A stretch of DNA of 64,000 nt from Clostridia bacterium (GTDB lineage Bacteria; Bacillota; Clostridia; TANB77; CAG-508): contig CAADUZ010000016.1 in the NCBI GenBank assembly GCA_900752335.1, forward strand, positions 931 through 64,930, in the 5' to 3' direction. Made by a program: the position numbers and the translations under genes. This document shows positions 28,081 through 39,937 of this stretch, one piece after another; positions within the stretch are counted from its first letter, which is position 1, and each line of letters opens with the position of its first letter. The notes below the pieces were generated by a model, which was given only the letters and a program-made list of their open reading frames with translations, was not told where the DNA came from and searched no databases.

Positions 28081-28272
28081 ATGGAATACAATGTTGGAGA
28101 TATTGTAAGAACTAAAAAACAGCATCCGTGCGGAAGCAAGCTATGGGAAATAACTCGAGTGGGCGTTGATTTTAAGCTAAAATGCCTAGGGTGTGGACAT
28201 GTAGTAATGCTAGAAAGACCTAAAGCTTTGAAAATGATAGTTAAAAAAGTAGATTTAAACGAAGAGAAATAA
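28081..28272 (+). CDS. DUF951-family small protein
   Basis: 63 aa. The sequence GDIVRTKKQHPCGSKLWEITRVGVDFKLKCLGCGHVVML is typical of DUF951. Confidence 0.7.
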   Translation: MEYNVGDIVRTKKQHPCGSKLWEITRVGVDFKLKCLGCGHVVMLERPKALKMIVKKVDLNEEK

Positions 28273-28299
28273 GCAAAATATATATTGAAAAGCAAAAAG

Positions 28300-28345
28300 A
28301 AACACAAATAATTATTTAATAACTTTAATTATTTGTGTTTTTTTC
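28300..28345. terminator. bidirectional terminator
   Basis: AAACACAAATAATT (28300-28313) pairs with AATTATTTGTGTTT (28327-28340), followed by a T-run. Confidence 0.65.
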
Positions 28346-28365
28346 TTTAATCTTTTTTACAAAAC

Positions 28366-28947
28366 TTATAAATAATTTTCTATTAAATTCCAAGCATTAT
28401 CTGTATAAATCTTTCTTTCAGAAGAAAATGGAATAAAGCTTAAATCTTTTAGTGGGTTTAATTCTTCCTGCAAACTAGCAACAGCAGAATCTACTTTAGT
28501 AACAGCTATTTTATCAGCCTTATTTGCTACAACAATGCATGGCCTTTCAGAATCTATAATGTATCTATACATTAATTTATCATTTTCAGTTGGAGAATGT
28601 CTAATATCAATTAAAAATATTATTAAAGCAATATTTTTACAAGTGCCTAAATATTCTTCTATAAAATGACCAACGCGTACTTGCTCCTGTTTAGACATTT
28701 TACTGTAACCATAGCCAGGTAAATCAACAAAGTAAAATTTATTATCCATATTATAAAAGTTTATTTGTCTAGTTTTTCCCGGTTCACTGCTAGTCCTAGC
28801 TAATTTTTTCCTATTTACCATAGTATTAATAAAAGAAGATTTACCCACATTAGATTTACCAACCAAAACAATTTGAGGTAATCCATCTTGAGGATATTGC
28901 TTTGGACTAACAGCAGATATTTTAAATTCTGGATTTTTTATTATCAT
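28366..28947 (-). CDS. engB: ribosome-biogenesis GTPase EngB/YsxC
   Basis: G1 motif GKSNVGKSS, G3 motif DLPGYG and G4 motif NKADK. The overall layout is typical of YsxC. Confidence 0.9.
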   Translation of the reverse strand: MIIKNPEFKISAVSPKQYPQDGLPQIVLVGKSNVGKSSFINTMVNRKKLARTSSEPGKTRQINFYNMDNKFYFVDLPGYGYSKMSKQEQVRVGHFIEEYLGTCKNIALIIFLIDIRHSPTENDKLMYRYIIDSERPCIVVANKADKIAVTKVDSAVASLQEELNPLKDLSFIPFSSERKIYTDNAWNLIENYL

Positions 28948-28958
28948 ATAACTTACTC

Positions 28959-30245
28959 CTATTTTTTAGGTATTAATTTTTCCATTCCACCCATGTATGG
29001 ACGAAGAACCTCTGGTATGTTTACACTTCCATCTTCGTTATAGTTGTTTTCCAAGAATGCAATTAGCATACGTGGTGGAGCAACTACAGTGTTATTTAAT
29101 GTATGTGCGTAGTAATTTCCTTTCTCGCCTTTTATTCTAATTCCCAAACGTCTTGCCTGCGCATCTGTTAAGTTAGAGCAACTTCCAACTTCAAAGTATT
29201 TTTTCTGTCTTGGGCTCCAAGCTTCTACGTCGCAACTTTTAGCTTTTAAGTCAGCCAAATCCCCACTACAACATTCAAGTGTACGTACAGGAATATCCAT
29301 ACTTCTAAATAGTTCTACTGTGTATGACCATAGTTTATCATACCATTTCCAGCTATCTTCTGGCTCACAAACAACTATCATTTCTTGCTTTTCAAATTGA
29401 TGGATGCGGTATACGCCACGTTCTTCTATTCCATGTGCACCTTTTTCTTTTCTAAAACATGGAGAGTATGAAGTCATAGTATATGGCATGTCAGCTTTTT
29501 GAAGTATTTGCCCTTTAAACTTTCCTATCATAGAATGTTCGCTAGTTCCTATTAAATACAAATCTTCGCCTTCTATTTTGTACATCATTGCATCCATTTC
29601 TTCAAAACTCATAACACCAGTAACAACGTCACTACGTATCATATATGGTGGTATGCAATAAGTAAAGCCTTTATTTATCATAAAATCCCTAGCATAAGAT
29701 AGAATTGCAGAATGAAGTCTTGCAATATCTCCTACTAAATAGTAAAAACCATTTCCTGCTACTCTTCTAGCAGAATCTAAATCTAATCCGCCAAAGCTTT
29801 CCATGATATCTGCATGATATGGCACTTCATATTCTGGGACAACTGGTTCTCCGAATTTTTCTATTTCAACATTTTTACTATCATCTTCGCCTATTGGAAC
29901 AGACTCATGTATCATGTTTGGAATTTTCATCATTCTTTCAGTTATTGCTTCAGAATATTCTGCTTCTAATTTTTCATTTTCTTCAAGCCTTTTATTTATT
30001 TCTTGTACTTCAGCTTTTATCTTTTCAGCCTCATCCTTTTTTCCATTTTTCATTAAATTACCAATTTCAGAACTTAATGAATTCCTTTTCATACGTAGTT
30101 CGTCGCCGGCAAGTTTGGCATCTCTGTTTTTCTTGTCTAGCTCTAATACTTCGTCAACTAGCACAAGTTTGTGATTTTGAAATTTTTTCTTAATGTTTTC
30201 TTTTACTGCATCTGGATTTTCTCTTAAAAACTTAATGTCTATCAT
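28959..30245 (-). CDS. serS: serine--tRNA ligase
   Basis: N-terminal coiled-coil arm (MIDIKFLRENPD...) and class II core motifs. Length is 428 aa. Confidence 0.95.
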   Translation of the reverse strand: MIDIKFLRENPDAVKENIKKKFQNHKLVLVDEVLELDKKNRDAKLAGDELRMKRNSLSSEIGNLMKNGKKDEAEKIKAEVQEINKRLEENEKLEAEYSEAITERMMKIPNMIHESVPIGEDDSKNVEIEKFGEPVVPEYEVPYHADIMESFGGLDLDSARRVAGNGFYYLVGDIARLHSAILSYARDFMINKGFTYCIPPYMIRSDVVTGVMSFEEMDAMMYKIEGEDLYLIGTSEHSMIGKFKGQILQKADMPYTMTSYSPCFRKEKGAHGIEERGVYRIHQFEKQEMIVVCEPEDSWKWYDKLWSYTVELFRSMDIPVRTLECCSGDLADLKAKSCDVEAWSPRQKKYFEVGSCSNLTDAQARRLGIRIKGEKGNYYAHTLNNTVVAPPRMLIAFLENNYNEDGSVNIPEVLRPYMGGMEKLIPKK

Positions 30246-30299
30246 ATTTACCTCCTTAAAATATAATTAACTAGAGTAAAAGCAAATTATTAAATCTTA

Positions 30300-30555
30300 A
30301 ACAAAAGGTGAAAAGGTAAAATAAAGCCCTTACGCTAAAAGCATAAGGGCGAATTTATCTATACGCGGTACCACCTTAATTATTCAAAATTAATTGACAA
30401 CTCTAACATGCTTATAACCTAGCATTACTCGGTTTTATTTTCATAAAAAGCTCTAAAAGTAGATTCATAAAACATTTTAAACTATTTCCACCAACCATAG
30501 CCTCTCTATATAAAATTAATTTTACTACTAGTCTTTTATCAATCGCTTTTAAATA
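30300..30555 (-). promoter_or_regulatory. T-box leader controlling serS (probable Ser UCU specifier)
   Basis: The minus strand carries the T-box sequence AATTAAGGTGGTACCGCG. A terminator follows: GCCCTTATGC-tttta-GCGTAAGGGC plus TTTATTTT. Stem I elements are present (AGAGAGG, GGTTGGTGGAA), as is a specifier-like GAA-UCU-A. Confidence 0.8.
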
Positions 30556-30665
30556 ATAACAATAACATTTTATCATTATTATATGAAAAAATCAAGAAAA
30601 TATGAATAAAATGTGCAAAACTTGAATATAATGGTAATAATTAATTAAAACAAATGGAGGAATTT

Positions 30666-30941
30666 ATGGTATACGAGCAATATACGAGGGAAAATAAAAT
30701 AGAGGACAAGTCGGAAGACGAAAAGAATTTAGAATTAATAGTAAGTATAATAAAAACAAAAAATGAATTAGAAGCAGCACAAAAAAACTTTGAATATGCT
30801 GATGCGGAGCTAATTGATTACTACTCATACCAAATAAAGGCAAACCAATCTAAATTAGATTATTTATTAAAAAAAGCGCAAAAAAAGGGAATAGTACTAG
30901 ATATGATAAACGAAATTTATATACGAAAAAATAAAGCTTAA
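30666..30941 (+). CDS. YaaL/DUF2508-family protein
   Basis: GGAGG (30656-30660) lies 5 nt before ATG at 30666. The pattern ELEAAQKNFEYADAELIDYYSYQIKANQSKLDYLLKKAQ fits the family. It is adjacent to bofA, as in Bacillus. Confidence 0.6.
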   Translation: MVYEQYTRENKIEDKSEDEKNLELIVSIIKTKNELEAAQKNFEYADAELIDYYSYQIKANQSKLDYLLKKAQKKGIVLDMINEIYIRKNKA

Positions 30942-30995
30942 AAGTAATATTTGTCCAAAGTAAATCATAGAAATGAATAAAGAGGTGAATTTACT

Positions 30996-31322
30996 TTGGA
31001 TATTAATGTAATTATAACTTTTTTAGCTTGTATAATTATACTATTTATATTTGGAAAAATATTTATAATACCACTAAAAAGTATTGTAAAGCTAATTATT
31101 AATTCGGTTTTAGGTGGTATTTGTATATACATAATTAATATGGTAGGAGAAAGTTTTGGCTTTCACATAGGACTAAACATTATAACTGCTGTGCTTGTTG
31201 GATTTTTAGGACTTCCAGGAGCGGGGCTGCTAATTCTTTTGAAAATAATTTTGCGGATAAAAAAGTTATTTTTAAATAAATTTGCGTTAAAAAATATATA
31301 TAAAATAAATCTTACTATATAA
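30996..31322 (+). CDS. bofA: pro-sigma-K processing inhibitor BofA
   Basis: TTG start after AAGAGGTG. The BofA-like sequence is LIINSVLGGICIYIINMVG..FGFHIGLNIITAVLVGFLGLPG. Confidence 0.72.
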   Translation: MDINVIITFLACIIILFIFGKIFIIPLKSIVKLIINSVLGGICIYIINMVGESFGFHIGLNIITAVLVGFLGLPGAGLLILLKIILRIKKLFLNKFALKNIYKINLTI

Positions 31323-31386
31323 ATAAAGAAGTAGAAAATTTAAAATCTACTTCTTTATTGTGTTTTTAATTATATTAAATGCCATA

Positions 31387-33240
31387 TTATTCAACTGTTA
31401 CAGATTTAGCAAGGTTACGTGGCTTATCTACGTCTAGCCCTTTAAATTTGGCTATATAGTATGACAAAAGTTGCATTGGAATAACTGATAATATAGGCGA
31501 AATTAAAGGATTTGTTTTTGGTATATTTATTACAAAATCAAAATGGCTATTTGGCAAAATTTGATTTGTAATAACTAATGTTTTAGCGCCTCTTGTAACA
31601 ACTTCTTGAATATTACTTATAGATTTTTCTACTAATTTTTCATCAGTTATTATTCCAATAACTGTTACACCATTTTCAATAAGTGCAATAGGTCCATGCT
31701 TTAGTTCTCCTGCTGCATATGCTTCTGAATGTATATATGTTATTTCTTTCAATTTTAAAGAGCCTTCTAATGCAACATTGTAATCTGTGCCTCTTCCTAA
31801 AAAGAACATATCTTTTTCTGTATATATTTTTTTAGCAAAATCTTTTACCACTTCTGTATTATCTAATATTTGCTCTATTTTAGAAGGCAAATCTATCATA
31901 TCCGATTTTAAATCTTCAATGGCTTTTTTGTCACAACTATTTAAAATTTCTGCAAAATGCATAGCCAAAATTGCAAGTAAAACTACTTGTGAAGTATATG
32001 CTTTTGTAGAAGCAACAGCTATTTCAGGTCCAGCATGTGTGTAAATAGAATAATCTGCTTCTCTTGTAATAGAACTTCCAATAACATTAGAAATAGCAAT
32101 AGTTTTAGCATTATTAGATTTTGCAAGCTTTAATGCTGCAATAGTATCTGCAGTTTCACCAGACTGGCTAATGTATATGCATAAAGTATTGGCATCAATA
32201 AGTGGCTCTCTATACCTAAACTCTGAAGCAACCTCAACTGTTGTTGGAATTTTGCAAAGTTTTTCAATTATATTTTTTCCTGTAAGTCCAGCATGCATTG
32301 CAGTACCACAAGCAATAATGTATATTTTATTAACTTTGCTTAAGTATTCCTTTGAAATCTCCATATCTTCAAAAGAACAATTTTCTCCTAAACGAAATCT
32401 TGAACCAATAGTTTCTCTAATAGCAGTTGGCTGTTCAAATATTTCCTTTAACATATAGTCTTCATAGCCATCTTTGCCAGCAGCATTAGCATCCCATTCA
32501 ATATTTTTAATAGGTTTGTTATGCTCTTGCAAGCTATTATCAAAAAATGTAACTTTATCTTTAGTAACCACTGCAAATTCGTTGTCATCTAAAAGATAAA
32601 AATCTTTAGTATATTTTAATATAGCTGGAATATCTGAAGCTATATAATTTTCATTCTTACCTTTACCAATAACTAATGGGCTATCTTTTCTAACAACAAT
32701 TATCTCATCAGGGCATAGAGGGGAAATAACCTCTATAGCATAGCTTCCTTTTAAATCTTGAACAGCAGTTTTTCCAGCCGATAAAACTTTTTCCTTTATA
32801 TCTTTTATTATAGAAACAGGTCCGTTAGAATAATGATAATGTATTAAATTTGGTATAACCTCTGTATCTGTTTGAGATATAAAACTGTATCCTTTAGAAG
32901 TTAGAAAATCCCTTAAATCTGCATAATTTTCAATAATACCATTGTGAACAACTGCAAAAGTATTGCTATTATCCATATGTGGATGAGAATTTTCTTTAGC
33001 AGGTTTACCATGAGTTGCCCATCTAGTATGCGCAATTCCTACAGTTCCTTCTAAATCATTTATTCCTTCCAAATTATATAAATTGTTTACTCTGCCTTTA
33101 TCTTTCATAACTTTTATCACGTCTTTTTCAATAGTTGCAATTCCAGCAGAATCATAACCTCTGTACTCTAACGATAAAAGTCCATCTATTAAAATAGGTG
33201 TAGCTTTTTTGCTACCTACGTATCCTACAATACCACACAT
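31387..33240 (-). CDS. glmS: glutamine--fructose-6-phosphate aminotransferase
   Basis: MCGIVGY N-terminal nucleophile, two SIS domains and a C-terminal ...NLAKSVTVE. Confidence 0.96.
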   Translation of the reverse strand: MCGIVGYVGSKKATPILIDGLLSLEYRGYDSAGIATIEKDVIKVMKDKGRVNNLYNLEGINDLEGTVGIAHTRWATHGKPAKENSHPHMDNSNTFAVVHNGIIENYADLRDFLTSKGYSFISQTDTEVIPNLIHYHYSNGPVSIIKDIKEKVLSAGKTAVQDLKGSYAIEVISPLCPDEIIVVRKDSPLVIGKGKNENYIASDIPAILKYTKDFYLLDDNEFAVVTKDKVTFFDNSLQEHNKPIKNIEWDANAAGKDGYEDYMLKEIFEQPTAIRETIGSRFRLGENCSFEDMEISKEYLSKVNKIYIIACGTAMHAGLTGKNIIEKLCKIPTTVEVASEFRYREPLIDANTLCIYISQSGETADTIAALKLAKSNNAKTIAISNVIGSSITREADYSIYTHAGPEIAVASTKAYTSQVVLLAILAMHFAEILNSCDKKAIEDLKSDMIDLPSKIEQILDNTEVVKDFAKKIYTEKDMFFLGRGTDYNVALEGSLKLKEITYIHSEAYAAGELKHGPIALIENGVTVIGIITDEKLVEKSISNIQEVVTRGAKTLVITNQILPNSHFDFVINIPKTNPLISPILSVIPMQLLSYYIAKFKGLDVDKPRNLAKSVTVE

Positions 33241-33261
33241 AAAAAATACCTCCTTAATATA

Positions 33262-33440
33262 TTAAGAAAGCATTACAAATAAAGATTACCCTATTAGCTT
33301 TGTATACTTGCATTACTACAAGGCTTTAACTAATATTTATGGCAGTAATCATATGCCAAGAAGCCATCCGCCGAATCTTTCGATAAGCTTCTACCTCGTC
33401 AACACAAAAATCAACAAATAATTGTGTCCAGGCGCTTAAA
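33262..33440 (-). ncRNA. glmS ribozyme
   Basis: The minus strand reads A|GCGCCTGGAC...TTGACGAGGTAGAAGCTTATCGAAAGATTCGGCGGATGGCTTCTTGG. This matches the conserved glmS ribozyme core and lies directly upstream of glmS. Confidence 0.85.
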
Positions 33441-33695
33441 ATAAACAAAAACTCCTTTCTTTTTAGTATAGAATATTTGTAAAGCTGTTCTTAAGTTATG
33501 GTAGTATATTACTATAAATCTTAAAATGTGTCAAATGTGATATGAGAAAATTTTTAGAAAAATAAAATTTTGAAAAAAGCTTGTAAATCTGCTTAAATTA
33601 TGCTAAAATAGTTAATGTTATGAAAATAGCGTTAGCTATTTTTCCTTACTTATGACTAGTTCATAGGTTATATATCCATAAGGAGGTGAAGTGTA

Positions 33696-33974
33696 ATGAA
33701 CAAATACGAAAGTGTTGTCATTATTAATCCTAATGTTGAAGAAAATACTCTAAAAGAGTTAATAGAAAGATTTCAAACATTAATTAATACTGACGGAAAA
33801 GTAGAACAAGTTAATGAATTAGGAAAGAAGAAATTAGCTTATGAAATTAAGAAAAACAAAGAAGGATACTATGTAGTATACGATTTTGAAGCTAATCCAA
33901 GTCTAATTGCAGAACTTGAAAGAAACTATAGAATTACTGACGAGATAATAAAATTCATAGTTGTAAAAAAATAG
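33696..33974 (+). CDS. rpsF: 30S ribosomal protein S6
   Basis: MNKYESVVIINPN... is typical S6, within the rpsF-ssb-rpsR arrangement. Confidence 0.95.
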   Translation: MNKYESVVIINPNVEENTLKELIERFQTLINTDGKVEQVNELGKKKLAYEIKKNKEGYYVVYDFEANPSLIAELERNYRITDEIIKFIVVKK

Positions 33975-34028
33975 TAAGAAATTTACTAACCCATTCGGGG
34001 GCCTTAAGAAAGGTAAAAGGTGTAAAAT

Positions 34029-34457
34029 ATGAACAAAGTAATTTTAATGGGAAGATTAACAAGAGATCCAGAAGTAAGATATACTCAAACAAGTAATACA
34101 CTTGTAGCTTCTTTTAGTTTAGCAGTTAATAGAAGATTTGTTAGACAAGGAGAAGAAAGACAAGCCGATTTTATAAACGTAGTTGCTTGGGGAAAACTTG
34201 GAGAGTTTTGTAGTAAATATTACAAAAAAGGTCAACAAGTTGCAATAATAGGTAGAATACAAACTAGGACATGGGATGACGAACAAGGTCAAAAGCATTA
34301 TGTAACAGAAGTTGTTGCAGAAGAAGCATATTTTGCAGATAGCAAAAGAGAGGGAGATGCTGGTTCTAGTAACTTTGATGCTACATTTGGTGCAATGCCA
34401 AATGCTGGTGGAAATTCAGATTTTGAGATATCTTCAGGAGACGATTTACCATTCTAA
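34029..34457 (+). CDS. ssb: single-stranded DNA-binding protein
   Basis: MNKVILMGRLTRDPE..., an OB fold and the acidic C-terminal tip DDLPF. Confidence 0.95.
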   Translation: MNKVILMGRLTRDPEVRYTQTSNTLVASFSLAVNRRFVRQGEERQADFINVVAWGKLGEFCSKYYKKGQQVAIIGRIQTRTWDDEQGQKHYVTEVVAEEAYFADSKREGDAGSSNFDATFGAMPNAGGNSDFEISSGDDLPF

Positions 34458-34508
34458 TATCGAAGAATACGTGAAATTATAGAATTAAATGCAAAGGGGG
34501 TAAAGACA

Positions 34509-34793
34509 ATGGCAGACAATAAGAGAAATAAAAAGAATAACAGAAATAATAATTCTGATAGCGATTATAATCCAAAATTCAGAAAAATGAGAAAGAAAGT
34601 ATGTCCTTTATGTGCAGATAAAGATTTAGTTTTAGACTATAAAAATGCTGAACAAATAAGAAAATTTGTTAATGATAAAGGAAAAATACTTCCAAGAAGA
34701 GCAACAGGTGCTTGTGCAAAGCATCAAAGAGATATAACATTAGCAGTAAAAAGAGCAAGACAAATAGCAGTATTACCATATACAGCTGAATAA
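34509..34793 (+). CDS. rpsR: 30S ribosomal protein S18
   Basis: Sequence contains ...KVCPLCADK...DYKN...L.KF....GKILPRR.TG.CAKHQR. Confidence 0.95.
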   Translation: MADNKRNKKNNRNNNSDSDYNPKFRKMRKKVCPLCADKDLVLDYKNAEQIRKFVNDKGKILPRRATGACAKHQRDITLAVKRARQIAVLPYTAE

Positions 34794-34821
34794 TAGAATA
34801 GGTTATAAATAAGTTGAAGTA

Positions 34822-34868
34822 AACCCAAATTATTAGACAAAAAAGTTTAATAATTTGGGTTCATTTAT
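34822..34868 (+). terminator. terminator hairpin after rpsR
   Basis: A perfect 14-bp stem: AACCCAAATTATTA (34822-34835) pairs with TAATAATTTGGGTT (34848-34861). Confidence 0.6.
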
Positions 34869-34934
34869 AGTTGAAAAATAACCTAAAAAATGGTATTATT
34901 GTATATGTATGAAATAATAAAAGGAAGAGTGTTA

Positions 34935-35837
34935 ATGAAAAAACATATAAAATATATTGTAGCTGTAATAGTAGTTATATTAATTATTGTGCTACTTGTT
35001 ACATTAAATATAAAAAGAAATAGCCAAAAGAAACAAGAAAGTAATATTACAAAAATAGTTACTTCATTTTATCCAATGTATATTATAGCAGAAAATTTAA
35101 CAGATGGCGCAAGTAATGTAGAGCTTGAAAATATGGCAGACGTAAATGTAGGCTGTTTGCATGATTATACATTAATGACAGAAGATATAAAAAAGGTAGA
35201 AAATGCAGACATATTTATTTCAAACGGTCTTGGTATGGAAAGCTTTACAAACAAACTAATAGAAGCTAATTCGAATATGAAAATAATAGATTCAAGTAAA
35301 TCTATTACCAATGTAATAAAATCTGAAGAGGAAACAAACCCTCATATTTGGACAAGTATAGATAACTATATTTTACAGGTGCAAACTATATCGAATAGCT
35401 TAAAAGAATACAATGCAGAAAATAGCGAAGTATATGAAAAAAATGCAGAAAAATATGTAGAAGAACTAACAGAATTAAAAAATAAATATAAAGAGGAATT
35501 GGCATCTTTAGAAGGAAAAAAAGCCGTGTGCTTAAACGAAGCTTTTGAGTATATGGGAGAAGAACTAGGACTAGAACTTCTAACTGTTCAAACAGACCAT
35601 GAAGAAAGTACAATGTCAGCAGAAATGCTAAAGAATATTATTAATACAGTAAAAGAAGAAAATATAGAAATTATAATTATCGATAAAAATGACAATGAAG
35701 CAAATGCAGAAACAATAGCAAATGAAACAGGAGCAAAAATATATAAGCTAAACTCTGGGTTAACAGGTAATTTAGAGAAAGATGCATATATTAAACAGAT
35801 GGAAGAAAATATAGAAATATTAAAAAGTGCAAAATAG
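34935..35837 (+). CDS. metal (zinc/manganese) ABC transporter substrate-binding protein, TroA/ZnuA family
   Basis: ATG at 34935 follows AAGGAAG. It has an N-terminal membrane anchor, and the family-like segments include TSFYPMY, NPHIW and a long linking helix. Confidence 0.78.
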   Translation: MKKHIKYIVAVIVVILIIVLLVTLNIKRNSQKKQESNITKIVTSFYPMYIIAENLTDGASNVELENMADVNVGCLHDYTLMTEDIKKVENADIFISNGLGMESFTNKLIEANSNMKIIDSSKSITNVIKSEEETNPHIWTSIDNYILQVQTISNSLKEYNAENSEVYEKNAEKYVEELTELKNKYKEELASLEGKKAVCLNEAFEYMGEELGLELLTVQTDHEESTMSAEMLKNIINTVKEENIEIIIIDKNDNEANAETIANETGAKIYKLNSGLTGNLEKDAYIKQMEENIEILKSAK

Positions 35838-35860
35838 TGTGTAGCACGTGGGAGGTGTGT

Positions 35861-36589
35861 ATGGAGAAAGCTTGTGGATTACACTGTACGAAAATAAACA
35901 ATATTGGAGTTAAAATAGGAAAAGACGTAATATTAAAAAATATAAATATACATATTCATTGTGGAGAACTTACAGTAATTATTGGTAGAAATGGTGCTGG
36001 AAAAAGTACTTTGCTAAAAGCAATTTTAGGAGAGATAGAACACACAGGGAATATAGTATTTGTAGATAAAAAAGATAACATTACTAAAAAAATAAAGATA
36101 GGTTATGTGCCACAAAGCATCAACATAGAAAAACACATGCCAACAACAGTGTATGATTTATTTGCATCATGTATTACGCATATACCAGTATTCTTAAGAA
36201 AAGACAAAAAAATATACAATGAAATAAAAGAACATTTAAAAATATTTGGTGCAGACGAGTTAATTGATAAAAGCATTGGAGATTTATCAGGAGGGGAACT
36301 ACAAAGAGTCCTTATAGCAATAGCAACAAAACCAACGCCAAACTTACTTATACTAGACGAACCGGTATCTGGAATAGATAGAAACGGAATAAAAGAATTT
36401 TACAATATAATAAGCAAATTAAAATCAGAATATGATATGTCAATTATACTTGTATCACATGATTTAGATTTAGCAAAAAAATATGCGGACAAAGTAATTT
36501 TACTAGATAAAGAAGTAATAAAAGAGGGAGCTCCAGAAGACGTATTTAAGAGCTTGGAATTTAAAAACAGATTTGGAGAACTAGCCTAA
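35861..36589 (+). CDS. metal ABC transporter ATP-binding protein (ZnuC-like)
   Basis: GGGAGG lies before ATG at 35861. Walker A GRNGAGKST, signature LSGGE and Walker B LILDEP are present. Confidence 0.85.
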   Translation: MEKACGLHCTKINNIGVKIGKDVILKNINIHIHCGELTVIIGRNGAGKSTLLKAILGEIEHTGNIVFVDKKDNITKKIKIGYVPQSINIEKHMPTTVYDLFASCITHIPVFLRKDKKIYNEIKEHLKIFGADELIDKSIGDLSGGELQRVLIAIATKPTPNLLILDEPVSGIDRNGIKEFYNIISKLKSEYDMSIILVSHDLDLAKKYADKVILLDKEVIKEGAPEDVFKSLEFKNRFGELA

Positions 36590-36608
36590 AAAATATAATG
36601 GGGGAAAA

Positions 36609-37455
36609 ATGGAAGTAATAGATAGTATATTAGAAGTAATATTACCATTTGAATTTATAGATTACGAATTCATGAAAAATGCGTTACTAGCTTTAATCCT
36701 AATATCGCCTATATTTGCAATATTAGGAACAATGATAGTAAACAACAAAATGGCATTTTTTTCAGATGCATTAGGCCATTCAGCATTAACAGGAATAGCA
36801 ATACGGAAGCTTACTTGGAATTAGCAATTTAAATATCGGGATGATAATATTTGCAATAGCATTTGCACTTTTATTAAATTATGTAAAAAACAAAACAACT
36901 TATAGTGCAGACACAATAATAAGTGTGTTCTCATCAATAGCAATAGCATTAGGACTTGCAATACTTGCACAAACAGGCAACTTCAATAGCTATTCAAGTT
37001 ATTTGGTAGGGGACATATTAAGCATTACAGATACAGAAATAATATATGTATTTTTAGTAGCAGTAGTAGTATTAATATTTTGGTACTTTACATTCAATAA
37101 ATTACATTTAATAAGCATAAATACCACACTTGCCAAAAGCAAAGGTGTAAAAACGAAAAAAATTGACAACATATTTGTTGTACTAATAGCAATAGTAGTA
37201 ATGATATCAATAAGATGGATAGGAATACTATTAATAAATTCATTACTAATATTACCAGCAGCATCAAGCAGAAACATAGCAAAAAATATGAGATGGTATC
37301 ATTTGTATGCGGTAATATGCTCGCTATTTTCAGGAATTGCTGGCTTAATACTATCATATTATTTTAACATACCAACAGGACCAATGATAGTAATAATATC
37401 TGGAATAATCTACTTTGCTACATTAGGAATAAAAGGAAAAGTAAAAGGAAAATAG
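36609..37455 (+). pseudogene. metal ABC transporter permease (ZnuB-like) split by a 1-nt frameshift near 36801-36805
   Basis: ORF 36609-36824 ends ...FFSDALGHSALTGIAIRKLTWN*. The adjacent frame reads (Y)GSLLGISNLNIGMIIFAIAF... and continues as ORF 36841-37455. Together they form one ZnuB-like permease. Confidence 0.75.
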
Positions 37456-37547
37456 TTTCGGAAGATTTTAACCTGTCCCCAAAGGTGACAAAAGTGGCAC
37501 GTGGGTAGACAGGTACGAAAGTGACAAAAGTGACAAGGAGGAGAGTT

Positions 37548-39853
<2,306 letters not shown>

Positions 39854-39877
39854 AATTAAAAAAATACAAAAATTTGT

Positions 39878-39906
39878 TTGACATTTTTTTGTTTGTATGA
39901 TAGTAT
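39878..39906 (+). promoter_or_regulatory. candidate sigma-A promoter of lexA
   Basis: TTGACA (39878-39883), a 17-nt spacer, then TAGTAT (39901-39906). Confidence 0.5.
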
Positions 39907-39937
39907 ATTGTAAAATTGATTTTGGAGGGATGTACGA

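Noticed and set aside
33560-33695. An rpsF (S6:S18-binding) autoregulatory leader.
   Set aside because: Small hairpins exist (AAAATAGC/GCTATTTT). I cannot verify the conserved motif from memory, and a covariance-model scan is needed.
35844-37509. The shared 9-mer GCACGTGGG (35844-35852 and 37498-37506) flanking the metal ABC operon, considered as a possible Zur-type operator.
   Set aside because: There are only two occurrences. The sequence has no resemblance to the AT-rich Zur box consensus, and the first copy overlaps the znuC-like RBS. The evidence is insufficient.
39854-39937. A LexA (Cheo/SOS) box in the lexA promoter.
   Set aside because: No GAAC-N4-GTTC-like site is visible. The only symmetry is ACAAA-aa-TTTGT (about 39866-39877), which is too degenerate and AT-rich to call without a motif scan.
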